DNA of 248,000 nt, from positions 20,001-268,000 of the forward strand of contig NW_008806285.1 in NCBI RefSeq assembly GCF_000400465.1. Direction: 5' to 3'. Below the pieces are notes generated by a model, which worked only from the letters and a program-made list of their open reading frames with translations, did no database searches and had not been told where the DNA came from. The position numbers and the translations under genes are program-made. This DNA is from Wallemia ichthyophaga EXF-994. Its lineage: Eukaryota > Fungi > Basidiomycota. Below are positions 42,301 through 56,061 of the stretch, one piece after another (the stretch's first letter is position 1; each line of letters starts with the position of its first letter).

Positions 42301-45300
42301 TGTAGAAGAAGCGGTCAGGAGACTCTTGTTTCATTACAGTAATATAATTATCCATCATTTCCCAATTGTTCAGCGACCAAGCAGCAGCAGCAGCCAGCGG
42401 CGCCATAGCGCGACGCTCTTCGTGTCCGGCATTAACCCACTTATTTTGCACGAAGTCTGACAGCTGCTCCCACTCTCCAAGTGCATGGAGACACTTCATT
42501 CGTCCGAGCGTCACTTCAGGCGAATCACCTTCGATCTCCGCCTTCTCAGCGTAGGCGACCAGAGCCTCGTGCCATCTGCCGAGTTTCTCGTACCATTCTT
42601 CGTGGTGCACTATATCTAATTGCTCCCTAGCATATTTGAGCGTACCCCACGCTGCATCCTGTTGCTGCAACTTGGTGTTAACATGCACTAAGCTCTCAAT
42701 AACAGTTGGCGTAGCCTCAGTGAGGAATTCCAATTCTTGGTAGTGGAGTGCCTTTGCGTATGCGTGAACATTCATTGCGTATTCACCTAGCAATGGAATG
42801 TCAATCGGGAGTGGCTTGTCGTCATGCTCCATAAATTCAGCCAAATTGAGCAAAGTGTGCACAACATCTGGTGGTGCTGATGGTGATGTCAGCGCTCTTT
42901 CCATTGCTTTTCCAAGTTCGTCTTGATACTGGTCGTATAGATCCGTCCAGCACGAAACAAATGCTGCATTAAACAGTTCTCTCAGTAAAGGTGGATGAGC
43001 TTCAGCTAATCCTCTGCAAGCGCGAAGAGCATGCGATGGAGATTCCTTCAAGAACTCAATACCCAATCGCCTCAACCAGTCAGTCCAGTCTTCTCTGTTT
43101 TGAATGAGCTCCACATTTTCAATACCGTATGCCTTTTTGAGATGCTGCTGGTTGGCAATCAGCTTGGTATTTTCAACAGGTGGCTGATCGTCTGTCTTCT
43201 CTGCCGCAAAGCTGTCAAAGATACTGTAATCCTGTGGAAGTCTTTCGCCGTTCAAAAGCATATTGACAAATTGATTATATGGACCATGTTGAATACGATG
43301 TTTGAGCAGCACTTTGGAGATCATCGGTACGAAAACTGCGAAATCAGGACCAAGCTGCAGGACCAAAGCTGCCAGAATATCCATGGCAGCATTGCGCAAT
43401 TCGGCAGGACCAGACGAAAGCACTCTAGCTAACGGGTGAATTATTCTTGAAGCATGATCACAAAAATTGACCTGTCTCGACAGCTGACCGATGGTGATAA
43501 TAGCAGCTTTCCTTAACTGCACAGTCGACTCTGGTCGCTCGATAGTCTTGACAATAGCAGGTACGACGAGGTGGAGATACTCTTCAACGTTCGATCCAAA
43601 GACTGAGAAAGCTCGAAGAATGCGAATAAGAGTTGGCTGGCGTTTATCTGCTAATTCAAAGTCAAATGTTTGTAACATAGGTGGAAGGAGTACTGGTAAA
43701 TGGACTCTGAATTCCCCTTCAAGTGCTTTTGCGAGGATTTCAATGAGCGAGATGATTGTTATTTGTAGGGTGGAGTTGGGATTCCAAAACTCTCTGATCA
43801 ATTCCAATATGTCAGTTAAGAAGTTTCTAATGTGGTGCTTGACAATGCTAACGAGAATAGCAAGTTGCTGGAAGTAAAATTCTTGCAGAGAAGGCGCACA
43901 CGATCTTATAACACCCATGAAGGCAGGAACGATCTGGATCGAGTCAGTATAAAAAACTTCCACCTTGAGCACATTTCAACCTACCTGAGGTAAATATGAA
44001 ACACACTTCAAGCCCTGTGTTTTAAATATGTTCATGATAGCCTCGATAACGGCGTGGTGGTGGTTACTAAGAGAGGGATCTTTGAGCATATTGACGAGAG
44101 CGTTAAACGCTACCGTTTGATAGAAATCGTCGCTGGTATTCTGATTAGATGGTGTTACAACATCAGCAGGATAGATGGTCACAGATTCGGTAGTGACGTC
44201 CGATACAGGCTTCTCAATGTCCTTGTGTTTGTATGGATCGAGGGCACCAAGCAAACCCATCACACGCACCGTTTCAGTGCGCGTTGAAGGTGTCTGGTCA
44301 GTCTGCAATATCTTCACCAACGCATCCAACAAGCCAGGGTATCTGAGGTAAGGCTCGATGACGTAACCAGTGTTAGAAACGACCTGACCAAGCGTCCTCA
44401 ATGCAGCGTCTCGTCTGAGTAATGATGACTGGTCATGAAGGGTTTCTATCAGAAGTGGCATGATAATGTCAACGTGGCTCATTAATTCCTCACCACCAAC
44501 TTGGGCCAATTCACCAATACAGCAGAGAACGTTTGAAGATACAGTGGAGCTGTTGTCTGAGGCTTTTGGAAGCAGCACTTTCATCATTGGGTTGGCGTAT
44601 GGCTTGATCAGTCTCTGAGAAGCACTGACGAGCAGGCCCAACAATCTTGCACTCTCCTCCTTATTACGGCGTACTGTGGAATACTCTAACTCCGTCAGCA
44701 GCTGGATGAGAGCCTTACGGAGCGAAGGCATGACGTAGGCTGGGTTGTGACAAGAGAGTCGACCGATAATCTTGATAGCAACCTCTCGAACAGCAAATAC
44801 TTCATCGTTCAACGCTATAAACAAAGACCTTACATTTTCAGCCTGAGCTAGGTGTCTGTCAAACTTTTCATCTAGCGATTGGAGAACGGATAGTCTAATG
44901 TCGTACTCAGGATCGGCAATAGCCAGAGTCATGAGTTTGTCCAGCATGTCGCCTATGATCTCTATAGCATGTGTTGAAGTCTGGTATGTGACAGGGTCAT
45001 GAATAAAGGTAATGGAGCAGGTGAGGGCAGCAGCCTTGCGTATCTCAGCATTATCATCGTCTACGAATGGTAAAGCAGTATCACGGACAAACTCGTTGAG
45101 AATGTGACCGCTAAAATCGAAAGAGCCCAAAGTCTGTAAAGCTAGTTGAATCACTTCGGGTTTCTTAGCTTCAGAAGCTTGTACTTTGGATAACTCTCTA
45201 GCGGCAGCTGTTTGCGAGCTGGAAGGGTTAGGAGCACCAAGAGCTCGGTAAGACTTGTCGCTCAATATCAACGAAAGCATATTGAGTAACCTATCTTGAA

Positions 45301-46638
45301 TGGTTTTGAGGAGGGGTGGTATGTATTTAGCTATATCCCTCAAAGCGTTGACAAGCGATTCTGATAACTCTGTGCTGAAGATCTCTCCCAACAACTCATG
45401 TACGTGTTTAGCCAAGGATGGACCAATTGCGGCTGCAAGTTTTCCCAAACATTGCAGAATGGCATCTTCAGGAATTATGTAACCCTTTTTCGAGCGGTGA
45501 CGGAGTTGCTCGTCGATGGTAAACATGGCACTGTCCATATAATCCTTCATGGCACTTCCTACAGCACTGGCTACATGGCCTACGGCGTTATATGCAACAG
45601 TTCTTTCCCTCTCCTTTCGGATTGCACTCATAAGATGACCCATACTCAACCTAAGCTTCGTCTGTGTAAAAGCTTGAGGATCATAAGTGGCGAGAGTTGG
45701 AATGAGAAGTATTACAGTCTTGCGTATGAGAAAATCCCTGTGATCTTTGTAACGCAATATCAAATCACAGACGTCACCGAAACGAGGTTTTAAGAACATG
45801 CCAGCATGCAGGAGTAAATCTCTGTACACCAGGAGAGAAGCGTGGATGGTATCAACAGTGTTTATCTTAAGGCCAGCTTCTGCCTTTGCGTAGATGGAGT
45901 ATTGCATATCATTTCTATTCTGTGCTTTACGACGCTCCAAAATAACCAAACAAGCGGATAAAGCGTCTGAAGCAGCTTCTCTGATGGTGACTTTAGGGTC
46001 ACGCAGAGCGATCCAAATGCGTTCAATAGCTCTAGTGACAAAGGTATTGAATAACGCAGGACTATTCTGTGCGAGCTCTTTGATGATTAAAACGGCAGCG
46101 TATCGACCGCCTTCAGATCTGTCACCGGTGAGTAGTTCAAGTGCACGTGGAGCCTCGAAATCGATGAACTGTTCACCCAAGTAAGCACCACCAACGCGGG
46201 CAATGTGGCCTAAGCACTGAGAAGCGGCAATCATGACGTTCATGTCGCTGCAGGGGAGAGCAGGTTTGAGGTAGTTGTAGAAACGATAAAGCCGCTGCTT
46301 TTCTACTTGAATATCCAACAGAATATCTGTGAGTTGTTAGTTGAAACCATTGAATTTCGCGCGACTTGCCAATTGCGACGATTCCACCGAGCTTTTCATG
46401 GGGATAGTTGCTGTTGATTAATTCGAACAACCTGCGCATGACTTCAGATTGGAGCTTTGTGACGCTCTCAGCGCTGAGCTCAGCATTACAGCCAATGAAC
46501 TGAGAGATATGTGAGGGAGTGGAGAAGTGGAGATATGGGACGCACGAACTGCTGTAATTCGTGTGCAGCTTCGTTGCGTAGCTTTGGATCTCTGCTGCGT
46601 AAGCCCGCAAAGATACGCGCTAAGGCGTCTGTGTACAT
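39358..46638 (-). CDS. TOR: TOR kinase
   Basis: HEAT repeats, FAT, FRB ([15 protein letters not shown]), PIKK domain ([25 protein letters not shown]), FATC ending CAFW*. Confidence 0.98.
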
Positions 46639-46723
46639 GATATTATTTTATGGATGATGGTTGTAATGAAGATGGCGAGATGGTAGCGCAAGATGGCTTG
46701 CAATTGCACCACGATGATAAGAA

Positions 46724-47405
46724 ATGGATTAGATTTGTTGGCGAGGAGAAGTCCAATACATAAACCAATATTCAAAACATTATTTGGATTGGATATCAAA
46801 TTGGGTTCGTTCTACTGTGCTTGTCTTATTCGGCGCACTGACTTTAGCATCCAGGCTGTACGATAATAACAGCATTTGCGCTATTTAACAAGGTCGCTGG
46901 TGTTTATGGGGTTAATGTTATATTCACTGGTGGTACATTTGCGCAGTGCACCATGTACCTCTATAGCGTTGGTACACTCGCTGGCTTTGTTTGGGGATTG
47001 AAGCAGATTACAGAGGAGAATCCAACCAACTCGCTATTATATGCGAACATGTTCGCAATTGATCATATTATTTCATCAATCTACTCAGCTGTTTTCTTCA
47101 AGCATTGGTACTTTGACGAGCCTCACGATGGACGGCGGGCGGATGTAGGCGACCTCACGAAAGGCTGGGGTGGCGTCGCACATCAGGATCTTACAGAGAT
47201 GGATAGAATAACAGCCGCCAAGGAGATATGGGGACGCGAGAAGGTGTTTGCAGGATTAGTCCTTCTCAGCGGCTTTGTTGCGAAGGTCTACTTCATATTG
47301 ATAATATACTCTTTCTCTTTATCACTTATACAGGGCACTTACGTTAGCAATAACCAAAGCAATAGAGCAAACTACAGGAGTAATAATAGCAATCAAGATG
47401 AATAG
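46724..47405 (+). CDS. Kei1/DUF1753-like IPC synthase regulatory subunit
   Basis: Multi-TM; LFNKVAGVYG and HIISSIYSAVF..WY..PHDG resemble the family (from memory). Confidence 0.55.
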
Positions 47406-47449
47406 ATTAATGTTTTACATGTTGTTGTGTGCCTTGTGTGCTGTCGATT

Positions 47450-47806
47450 AAAAACCATCTTGAAATTGCTTTATTTTGTAGGCGTAGTACGCACCGCTGG
47501 TGAGACCTAAAGCGGTAAGCATCTTAGGTAAAGCGCTTGCTCTGACTCTGCCAATCGAAGAGGCAGTCAGCAAAGCAGAAGCAGCTAAAGCAGATTCGAA
47601 GCCATAGTCCATGTTTTGTTGAATCAAGTAGCCGCTACTAGCTGTGATTGATTAGAGCAGCAGATAGTACCGACAGCTAACCCACCAAATGCAGCCGAAG
47701 TTAAAAGACCACCGAAAAGACTTGCCTTTGAGCCTTTCTTAATGAAGCCCATAGCTCCACCTAAGCCAGTTAAGCCAGCAAGAGAGAAGGCGAGGTGATG
47801 ACTCAT
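47450..47806 (-). CDS. TMEM14 family small membrane protein
   Basis: HLAFSLAGLTGLGGAMGFIKKGSKASLFGG. Confidence 0.8.
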
Positions 47807-48609
47807 GGGTGATGTAGAGAGGGTGTAAACAAAACGTGTCAAACGCGTAAAAGGTGTAAAATATAAATAAGAATCAATTATTTTGGTGTGTTTAATTGAG
47901 GGGTTTTGTCTTGCAATGATTCTGTGTGTGTTTGTTAGAGTTTGGAGTGTTTCAACGATGAAAACGAACCAGAATTTGATTTGAATTGCATTTCTAACGT
48001 GGAAGGCGATTGGTTGAGAGATTTATATATTGAATCTCTAGTTTGGTGTGTTAATGATGTTTAATACGTTTCAAACATCCCCACCTAACGCTATTAACCA
48101 AATCAGGATCTTCCCTTCTAATCCAAACACTTATAATATCCTCTGCTGCCCTTATAGAAACCACAGCTCCGCAGAGATCATTGATATCGTCAACCATATT
48201 ACAACCAATGATACTAAGTAACAAATCTTCCCAGAGCTGATCAACAATACCTTTCCTAAGCCTAAGAATCCATTTACCGCCTTTTATGTTTTCGGGATCT
48301 TCCCAGACAGGTCTTACGCCTGAACGGAATAGCTGGTAATCGGTGACGACGGGGAGAGTGGAAGGTGGTTTAAGATAAGCGTAGGTGTTCCAGAATGCTG
48401 GTAACTGTGACTGGTGTTAGAATTGCGCATTCTCCCACCAAGCACACTACTAACACTATCAAATCCAGCAATTTTAATTAAATCTTTCTGGTAATCAATT
48501 ATCTTTGAAGAAGGTGGCCTATGTATCCCCCAAACTGTCCACGATGTACTCAATTTTAATGTCATTTCTGTATGCTGATTGGTAGTGCGTGTTCAACCAG
48601 GATCACCAA

Positions 48610-51474
48610 ATGCATCTAATCACTCTGGCTACGTGAGAATCTACTCCTTTTACTATCATTTCTAATCCATCCTCTAGCTGGTAAATTCGGCTTCATTTTC
48701 GTATAAATATTCTCACCAATCTCACTCAGCTCACTTAACCAATGGGCTTTGGATTTTCAGGGAAATTACGAAAGAATCCTTGAGAGCATCAAAGTCGCTA
48801 AATCTCGCGGTGCTTCTCTACGCGTTGGCCCTGAGCTTGAGATTACGTGGGTCTACTACGCGTTTGATTTCGTTATCCACTTGCTTATCTTTCTTCTTCT
48901 ACTTTTTCCTCTTACAGCGGCTATGGCTGCTTGGATCATTACTTGGAGGGTGACACTATCCTTCACTCATGGGAAATTCTCGCCAAATTACTCCAAGATG
49001 ACCACACACATGGCATCATTTGCGATATTGGCATGCCTCTTAGACATAAGAACGTCACTTACAATGCCAGAGTTATTATCAATGATGGCAAGATTCTTCT
49101 TATTCGTCCAAAGATGTGGATGGCCAATGACGGCAATTACCGCGAACTGAGACACTTTTCTCCGTGGTTGAAACACCGCCAAACGGAGGACTTCTTCTTA
49201 CCGCGCATCATACAATCAACTACCCAGCAGACTACTGTTCCAATTGGTGACATTGTCTTGTCAACGCTCGATACCTGCGTCGGGGTTGAGTTGTGCGAGG
49301 AGCTCTTCACTCCAGCAGCTCCACACGTCAATATGGGTTTGGATGGTGTCGAGATATTCACCAACTCCTCCGGAAGCCACCATGAGCTCCGTAAGCTAAA
49401 TAGACGTATGGAGCCGATCAAGGAGGCTACACTGAAGGTGAGCAGGGGGTGTATCTTGTACCACACCTACAGCTAAATTAACGCATCGCTTAGCTTGGTG
49501 GTATTTACCTGTATGCTAACCAACGCGGCTGCGACGGTGACAGGTTGTACTACGATGGTTGTGCCATGATAGTGTTGAACGGCGAGGTAGTTGCTCAGGG
49601 TCCTCAATTCGCTCTTACAGACGTAGATGTCGTCACGGCCACTGTGGATATGGAAGACGTGCGCTCGCGCCGCACCTCCATCAGCCGCAATCTGCAAGCA
49701 GCACAGAGTGGGGCACTTCCACGCGTACACGTCCCTAAGGCTCTATCCTACGGTGTAGGCGAGAATTTTCTTGCTGCTCAACCTTCCCAGCCCGCTCCTC
49801 TCACTATACACCGCCCCGAAGAAGAAATAGCGTGAGTGGGGATGCTAGCCGAGCCCATGCAAATACACACGCAGACAACTGACGTTCCTCATTTGTTAGT
49901 CTCGGTCCCGCCTGCTGGCTGTGGGATTATCTGCGCAGGTCGCGCACGCAGGGCTACTTCCTCGCACTGAGCGGAGGCATTGACTCGTGCGCTTCGGCTA
50001 CCATCGTTAGCTCAATGTGTCGCCTGGTTGTTAAGGCCTGTCAGAACGACGGTGAGTTTGTGCTTGGGCTTCTGCGCGTGGCTTGCTTGGCTGCGAGCTG
50101 AGAAGCTGAGACACACCCCAGAACAGCACGTACTCGCTGACGTCAGACGCATCACTGGCGAACCCGATCACTCGACGTATGTCCCCGCAGACCATCGCGA
50201 GCTATGCAACAGAATCTTCTATACTTCCTACATGGGCACGGAGAATAGCAGCGACGAGACACGCCAACGCGCCAAGGATCTCGCCCACGATATCGGCAGG
50301 TGGGTACTTTGCTTAGCTATTTGATTCAATGGCGCTGTCTCATCCAAATTACTAACTCCCCTCATAGCTACCACGTCGACATCAACATGGACGCTGTGAT
50401 TGGTGCTATACGAGACCTCTTTGGGTTAGCTACGGGACACAAACCGAAATTCAGAGCACACGGCGGCAGCTATGCGGAGAACATAGCTCTGCAGAATATA
50501 CAGGCACGTCTGCGTATGCTGCTCTCATATCTCTTCGCACAGCTGTTGCCTTGGGTGCGCGGCCGCGTCGGCGGACTGCTCGTCCTCGCCAGCAGCAATG
50601 TGGATGAATGGTGGGTGGTTGCTGTGCTTAGCGCTCTGTGCGCCAAACTAAATGTACTTCAGTCTGCGCGGTTACCTCACCAAATACGACTGCTCGAGCG
50701 CGGACCTCAACCCTATTGGCAGCATCAGCAAGACTGACTTGAAGCGCTTCATCGCTTGGGCGCAGTACGAATTCGACCTTCCGATACTTGAAGGGTGAGT
50801 TGGAGTTTAGCTGGCGTTTTAGCGTGTCGTGCTGAGTAGACCACCACCTCTAGATTCTTGCACGCCACTCCAACAGCAGAACTCGAGCCTATTACCCATA
50901 ACTACGTGCAATCGGACGAGGTAGGTGTTGCGCGGGTGTTGCACACACACTAACAACATACTAAGGCCGACATGGGAATGACGTGTGCGTGCGAGTGTAC
51001 AGCCGAGAGCCGTCCCTGCTAACACTCTTCGCTCAGACGACCAGCTCTCCGCGTTCGGTAGACTGCGCAAGGTAGAGAAATGTGGTCCATTTAGCATGTT
51101 CACCAAGCTGCTGTCTGAGTGGAAAGATGTCATGGCGCCAGCCGAGGTGGGTGCTTGCTTGCTATTGTGTGAGTTCAGTGCGCTAATTGGACACGCAAAG
51201 ATCGCCGAGAAGGTGAAGAAGTTCTGGTTCGAGTATTCGCGCAACAGACACAAGATGACGACATTGACGCCGTCGTACCATGCTGTGAGTTGGTGTGGTT
51301 CGACGGCTTCCCAACTGACTCCATTTCTAGGAAAGCTACTCACCAGATGACAACCGCTTCGACTTGCGCCCTTTCCTCTACAACGCTAGATTTCCCTACC
51401 AGTTCGAGAGGATTGACGACACAGTGAAGCGCGTTGAGCAGCTTCAAAAAGAGGTAGAGACACAGCAAAAGTAA
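48610..51474 (+). CDS. QNS1: Glutamine-dependent NAD+ synthetase
   Basis: [59 protein letters not shown]; many short exons. Confidence 0.95.
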
Positions 51475-51556
51475 ATTGTGATATTTTGTATGTATGGTTG
51501 ACAATGTAGAAATAAATTAACGATAGTGATACTTTGGATCAAGTCAAAAGAACCAA

Positions 51557-52447
51557 TCAACGCCTAGTTGAAGTGCGACCTTTTCTACCCACACCTGCAC
51601 GCGGACTGGAGTAGTAAGCGTAATGTGAGGCAAAGTTGGGAGATGTGAAAGCATCTTGTGGGATAGCCGGCAATTCGTTATCTTTTACTATCGGATATGG
51701 ACTGCTCTGTTTAGGAGAGCGCTTGTCCTTGATAGGTAAGTGATTAGTCCACGGTTTAACTGGTGGTGCAATAGGAGAGCTACCCGGTGTCCATTGACGC
51801 ATTGTTGGTGCTTGTCTCTGCGACTCCTTCTGCATGGCCTGGAGTTGTCTCAAATTTGTTATCTTGGTGGGAGCGGTAGTATATTTGTCGAGGACGGCTG
51901 GATGGATTGGTTGGATATCTTTCATGTCCTTGGTGTGCTTATTTTCCATCGCTTTAATATCGTCGAAAGAACTACCGGACGACAGCGAGGTCTTTGACGA
52001 GCTACCGACTGTTTCGTCCTCCACTTCCATCGCTTCGCTCTTGGCCTTTTGCCTGCGTCTGTAGCACTTGATGAGCGAGACAAAGGCGATGAGCAGCACG
52101 GCGAAAACGAATACTGAGATTGTTATTGGCAGCACTTTCATGCCGTCTATGGCCAATTTTTTGTCTTTGTTTGCATCGAAATCTCTGACACGAATGGATG
52201 GGGGCATCACATCGTCATCCTCATTGCTACTGCTGCCACTGGCGATTGTCTCATTCAAAACTCCGCGAGGAACCATGTTAACCCCGGCAATAGGCAGAGA
52301 CGGATTCTCCCAGTGTCTAAACATCGACTCTTGTTTTGGTAGTTGAAACTGCATCTGCATCTGCTCGAACCAGCCGAGATCAGCGAGATGGGGTGTAGGC
52401 TGTTGTTGCGCGTGTGGCTTTGTGTAGTCCAAATATATAGCTGGCAT
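51557..52447 (-). CDS. Hypothetical single-pass membrane protein
   Basis: Intronless ORF; TM VLPITISVFVFAVLLIAFVSLI followed by basic KCYRRRQK. Confidence 0.55.
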   Translation of the reverse strand: MPAIYLDYTKPHAQQQPTPHLADLGWFEQMQMQFQLPKQESMFRHWENPSLPIAGVNMVPRGVLNETIASGSSSNEDDDVMPPSIRVRDFDANKDKKLAIDGMKVLPITISVFVFAVLLIAFVSLIKCYRRRQKAKSEAMEVEDETVGSSSKTSLSSGSSFDDIKAMENKHTKDMKDIQPIHPAVLDKYTTAPTKITNLRQLQAMQKESQRQAPTMRQWTPGSSPIAPPVKPWTNHLPIKDKRSPKQSSPYPIVKDNELPAIPQDAFTSPNFASHYAYYSSPRAGVGRKGRTSTRR

Positions 52448-52762
52448 TATGTAGCGTGTGTAGTGTGTAATGCGTAGTGTGCTTATTTGCGTCGCAACCA
52501 GGCGAATAAGGTGAAACAAGAGGATGATTAGTGAGTAAACTTGTGGGCAGAAGGACTGAGAAACCAGCTCTCAGGGTGTATAGTGTTGGTTGAGAGTTTT
52601 GTGTAGGTCCTCACTGAACTTGGTCAACCGCTCTGATTCGCCCGGTTAGGAAAGTTAGCCTAAAATTTTAGCTCGAATGACCGGAAAAGGAAGGTGAGCG
52701 CGTAGAGGGCTAATTAAAAAGAGGAAGAATGAAAGAGGTAAGGAATTTACGCGTACGTCTTA

Positions 52763-53443
52763 TCAATCGACGTCATCCATGTTATCGATATCGACATCGT
52801 TCTCCTTGTACACGGCTAAAGTGTTGTTTAGCCCAACATTCCTAGCATGCTTCAGGACGTTAATCATAGCCCTATCGATATCATTTGAGTGGACATCGCC
52901 ATTCTCGAGGACGATGGATGGATAGAAGACGTAAGTCCAATCTGTGTGGGAGCGAGCGAGTGAGTAAGTAGCTGGAATAACCGAAGAACCCCACGTACCT
53001 CTGAGAATAAGATCGTCTGCTCCACCGCGAGCAGTAACCATAGACTGCTGTACAACGGAAGTGATACAATTACGAATCCGCTTGCGCAGTCTATTCCTCA
53101 CTACAGCCTTCTTTGAAGTGAAAGCTATGGGCGTGATTACGACCAGAGGCAACTCCGCCACATTCATCCGCTTCAAGCCGTATCCATCCTGCCGACCAAT
53201 AGCATCGAGGTACAACCAAAACCTCAGACCAAAGTCGTTGTGTGCGAATGGCAGAGAACTCAGTTTAGTTTGTATGAGTGCGTGTGTTTTGGACGGCGGG
53301 AGAATCTTCAACGTGAAGTACGCGTGCGGGAAGGTGAACAAACCGCGATCACCCAATGTACCAAGATTGACGCCGTAGCCAAAAGAAAGAATTTTCACAG
53401 ATTTATTTGTCTTTTTACTGAGCAATATCTGGCTGCGCTGCAT
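52763..53443 (-). CDS. Putative organellar RNase P protein-like (RnpA RNR motif)
   Basis: Basic N-terminus resembling a presequence; SKKAVVRNRLRKRIR resembles the bacterial RnpA RNR motif. Confidence 0.5.
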   Translation of the reverse strand: MQRSQILLSKKTNKSVKILSFGYGVNLGTLGDRGLFTFPHAYFTLKILPPSKTHALIQTKLSSLPFAHNDFGLRFWLYLDAIGRQDGYGLKRMNVAELPLVVITPIAFTSKKAVVRNRLRKRIRNCITSVVQQSMVTARGGADDLILRGTWGSSVIPATYSLARSHTDWTYVFYPSIVLENGDVHSNDIDRAMINVLKHARNVGLNNTLAVYKENDVDIDNMDDVD

Positions 53444-53466
53444 TCAAGAAGATCGAAGACCAAAAA

Positions 53467-55947
53467 ATGTCATTTGAATTGATAATTCCAACAGCAACGA
53501 AGGATGTTCCATATGGTGCTATCGGTATAGCCCATTATCTATCCACAAACGCTGATCCTGCGTGCTCCCCATTCGAGTACTCCCATGTAGATGTACACAC
53601 GGATTTCAGCGACGACGCCAAAGCGGCTACCTTCAAATCCGCAGATGGCGCCCAAGTCACTGATCTCCACACTATTCTTTCAGTCTTGGCCCACGCTGGT
53701 AACATCTCAGGCCAGTCGGAGGACAAGGGCTTAGTCGAGGCTTATGTCAGCGACGCAGCGGCTATGTCCAAGCAATCATTCCCTCAGCTGACGCAATCAC
53801 TCAACAAGCTCGATGATATTCTCTTTCTCCATGCGTTCCTCGTTGGATACGCACCAACTGTTGCTGATTTTGCTATTTGGAGTTCAATCAAGTGTGAGTG
53901 CGGTTAGGTAGTCGTGGCACGTCGCTAAATGTGCTTCTAAGCCTCATCACTCGCTCTCGGCATTCTCAAGAAGAATCAGCACCAAAATGTTGTCAGATTC
54001 CTTTCCTTCTTCGACACTCTCGCTCAGCCAGCGTTGCAAGCCCACGCAGCAGCCAAGTCTAAGAAGGCGTCTACCAAGACGGCCTCTGGTGGTTTCAGTA
54101 TGGGTTTGAAGAACGCAGAGCAAGGCAAGGTTGTCACTCGTTTCCCACCAGAACCCTCTGGATACTTGCACATTGGTCACGTAAAGGCAGCTATGCTCAA
54201 CGACTACTTTGCCAAGATGTACAATGGCACGCTGCGCATCAGACTCGATGACACCAACCCTGTCAAAGAGGACACAGAGTACCAAGACGTGATTTTAGAA
54301 GATCTCAAAATGATGGGTATCACATCTAAGCTGGTTACCTTCACTTCCGACTACTTTCAACTCCTCTACGACAAGGCTATCGAGCTTATCAAACTCGGTA
54401 AGGCATACGCAGACGACACACCTGCAGAGGAGCTCAAAGCACAGAGATTCAACCGCCAGCCTTCAAAGCACCGCGATATGCCAGTCGATGAGGTACTCAA
54501 GCATTTTGAGGAGATGAGCAAGGGTACAGAAGAAGGCAACCGCTGGGTCCTTCGCGCTAAGATCAACTATGCAAGCGATATAGGCACGATGCGTGATCCT
54601 AACATCTACAGAGTGGTGCCACACGCTGACCACCACCGCACGGGTAAGCAGTGGAAGGTATACCCACTCTACGACTTCTGCATGCCGATAATAGATTCCG
54701 TGGAGGGTGTGACCCATGCACTTCGTTCGAACGAATACCACGAGCGTAATCCACTGTACAACTGGATCGTCGATACGCTCTCCATGCGCAGAGCTGAAAT
54801 TTGGGACTTTGGAAGAATGAACTTCACCTACACTCTACTTTCTAAGCGCAAACTGGGTAAACTCGTTGAAGCTGGTAGTGTGAAAGGTTGGGATGACCCT
54901 CGCTTCGCTACTGTTAGGGGTATTTTGCGCAGAGGTATGACTGTCGATACACTGCGCGAATTCATCCTTCTACAGGGTCCATCACAGAGCGTCGTCAACC
55001 TCCAATGGGACCAGATCTGGTCTATGAATAAGCAGCGTATTGATCCCGTCATTCCACGTTTCACAGCTTGCGAGAAAAAGCATCTCGTAAAGGCTGTTGT
55101 GAATGGCGCCCCATCGTCTATCGAATACAAGGAGCTTCCTCGCCATGCTAAGAACAATGATCTCGGTACGAAGAAGGTTGCTTTCTCTAACGAGGTTTAC
55201 ATGGACCAGGAAGACGCACAGTCGTTCGCCGATGGCGAAGAAATCACCATGATGGCCTGGGGTAACGCTTTCGTTAAGGCGAAGGAGGTAAATAGTGAGG
55301 GAATGGTCACTGGACTCACCCTCGATCTGCACTTGGAGGGTGACTTTAAGAAGACTAAGAAGAAGGTGACGTGGTTGTCCGCTAAGAATGATTTCGTTGG
55401 CGTTAAGCTGATGGACTACGATTATCTCATCAACAAACCTCGTTTGGAGGAAAGCGACAACTTAGACGATTTCCTCACTCCTGTCACAGAATTCGTCACG
55501 GATGCTGTCACCGATTCTAACATCAAGTCACTCAACAAAGGCGATCGCTTCCAGTTCGAGAGAAAGGGTTACTTTATTGTGGATGCTGTCAAGGAAGATG
55601 GCACATACGAACTGATAAAAATCCCAGACGGCAGGGTGGCATCGACTATTAGCAAGGGTGATGAGAAGGCGCAAGCTAAGCAGGCTGCGCAGCCCAAGAG
55701 AGATAAGAGGGAGAAGAAGGAGAAGGGTAAAGAGGGTAACGCTGGCAAGGCAGGTAAGGCGCCTTCTGTCACCGACATTGCACCTTCACAGGCAATTGAG
55801 TACCTCAGTCTGAGCGACAAGAATGATGGCTTTGAGATACCTGTCAAGAGCAAGATGTACAATGTCGGTAGTGTTTTTGGAGATGAAAAGGTGGACACCA
55901 ATGTCAAGACGGACATGTACAAGGTGGATCCAATTTACAAGCACTAG
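53467..55947 (+). CDS. GUS1: Cytoplasmic glutamyl-tRNA synthetase
   Basis: GST-like N-terminus; TRFPPEPSGYLHIGH; LLSKRKL; QFERKGYF. Confidence 0.97.
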
Positions 55948-56061
55948 ACGGGCCATTAGCAGGGGAACTTGTAAGAGACACGATAAAGAGCTATTCAAAA
56001 GAACATCATTTATAGGATATGATCATGACATGAAATTGGTGATTGATAATAATCTCAAATT

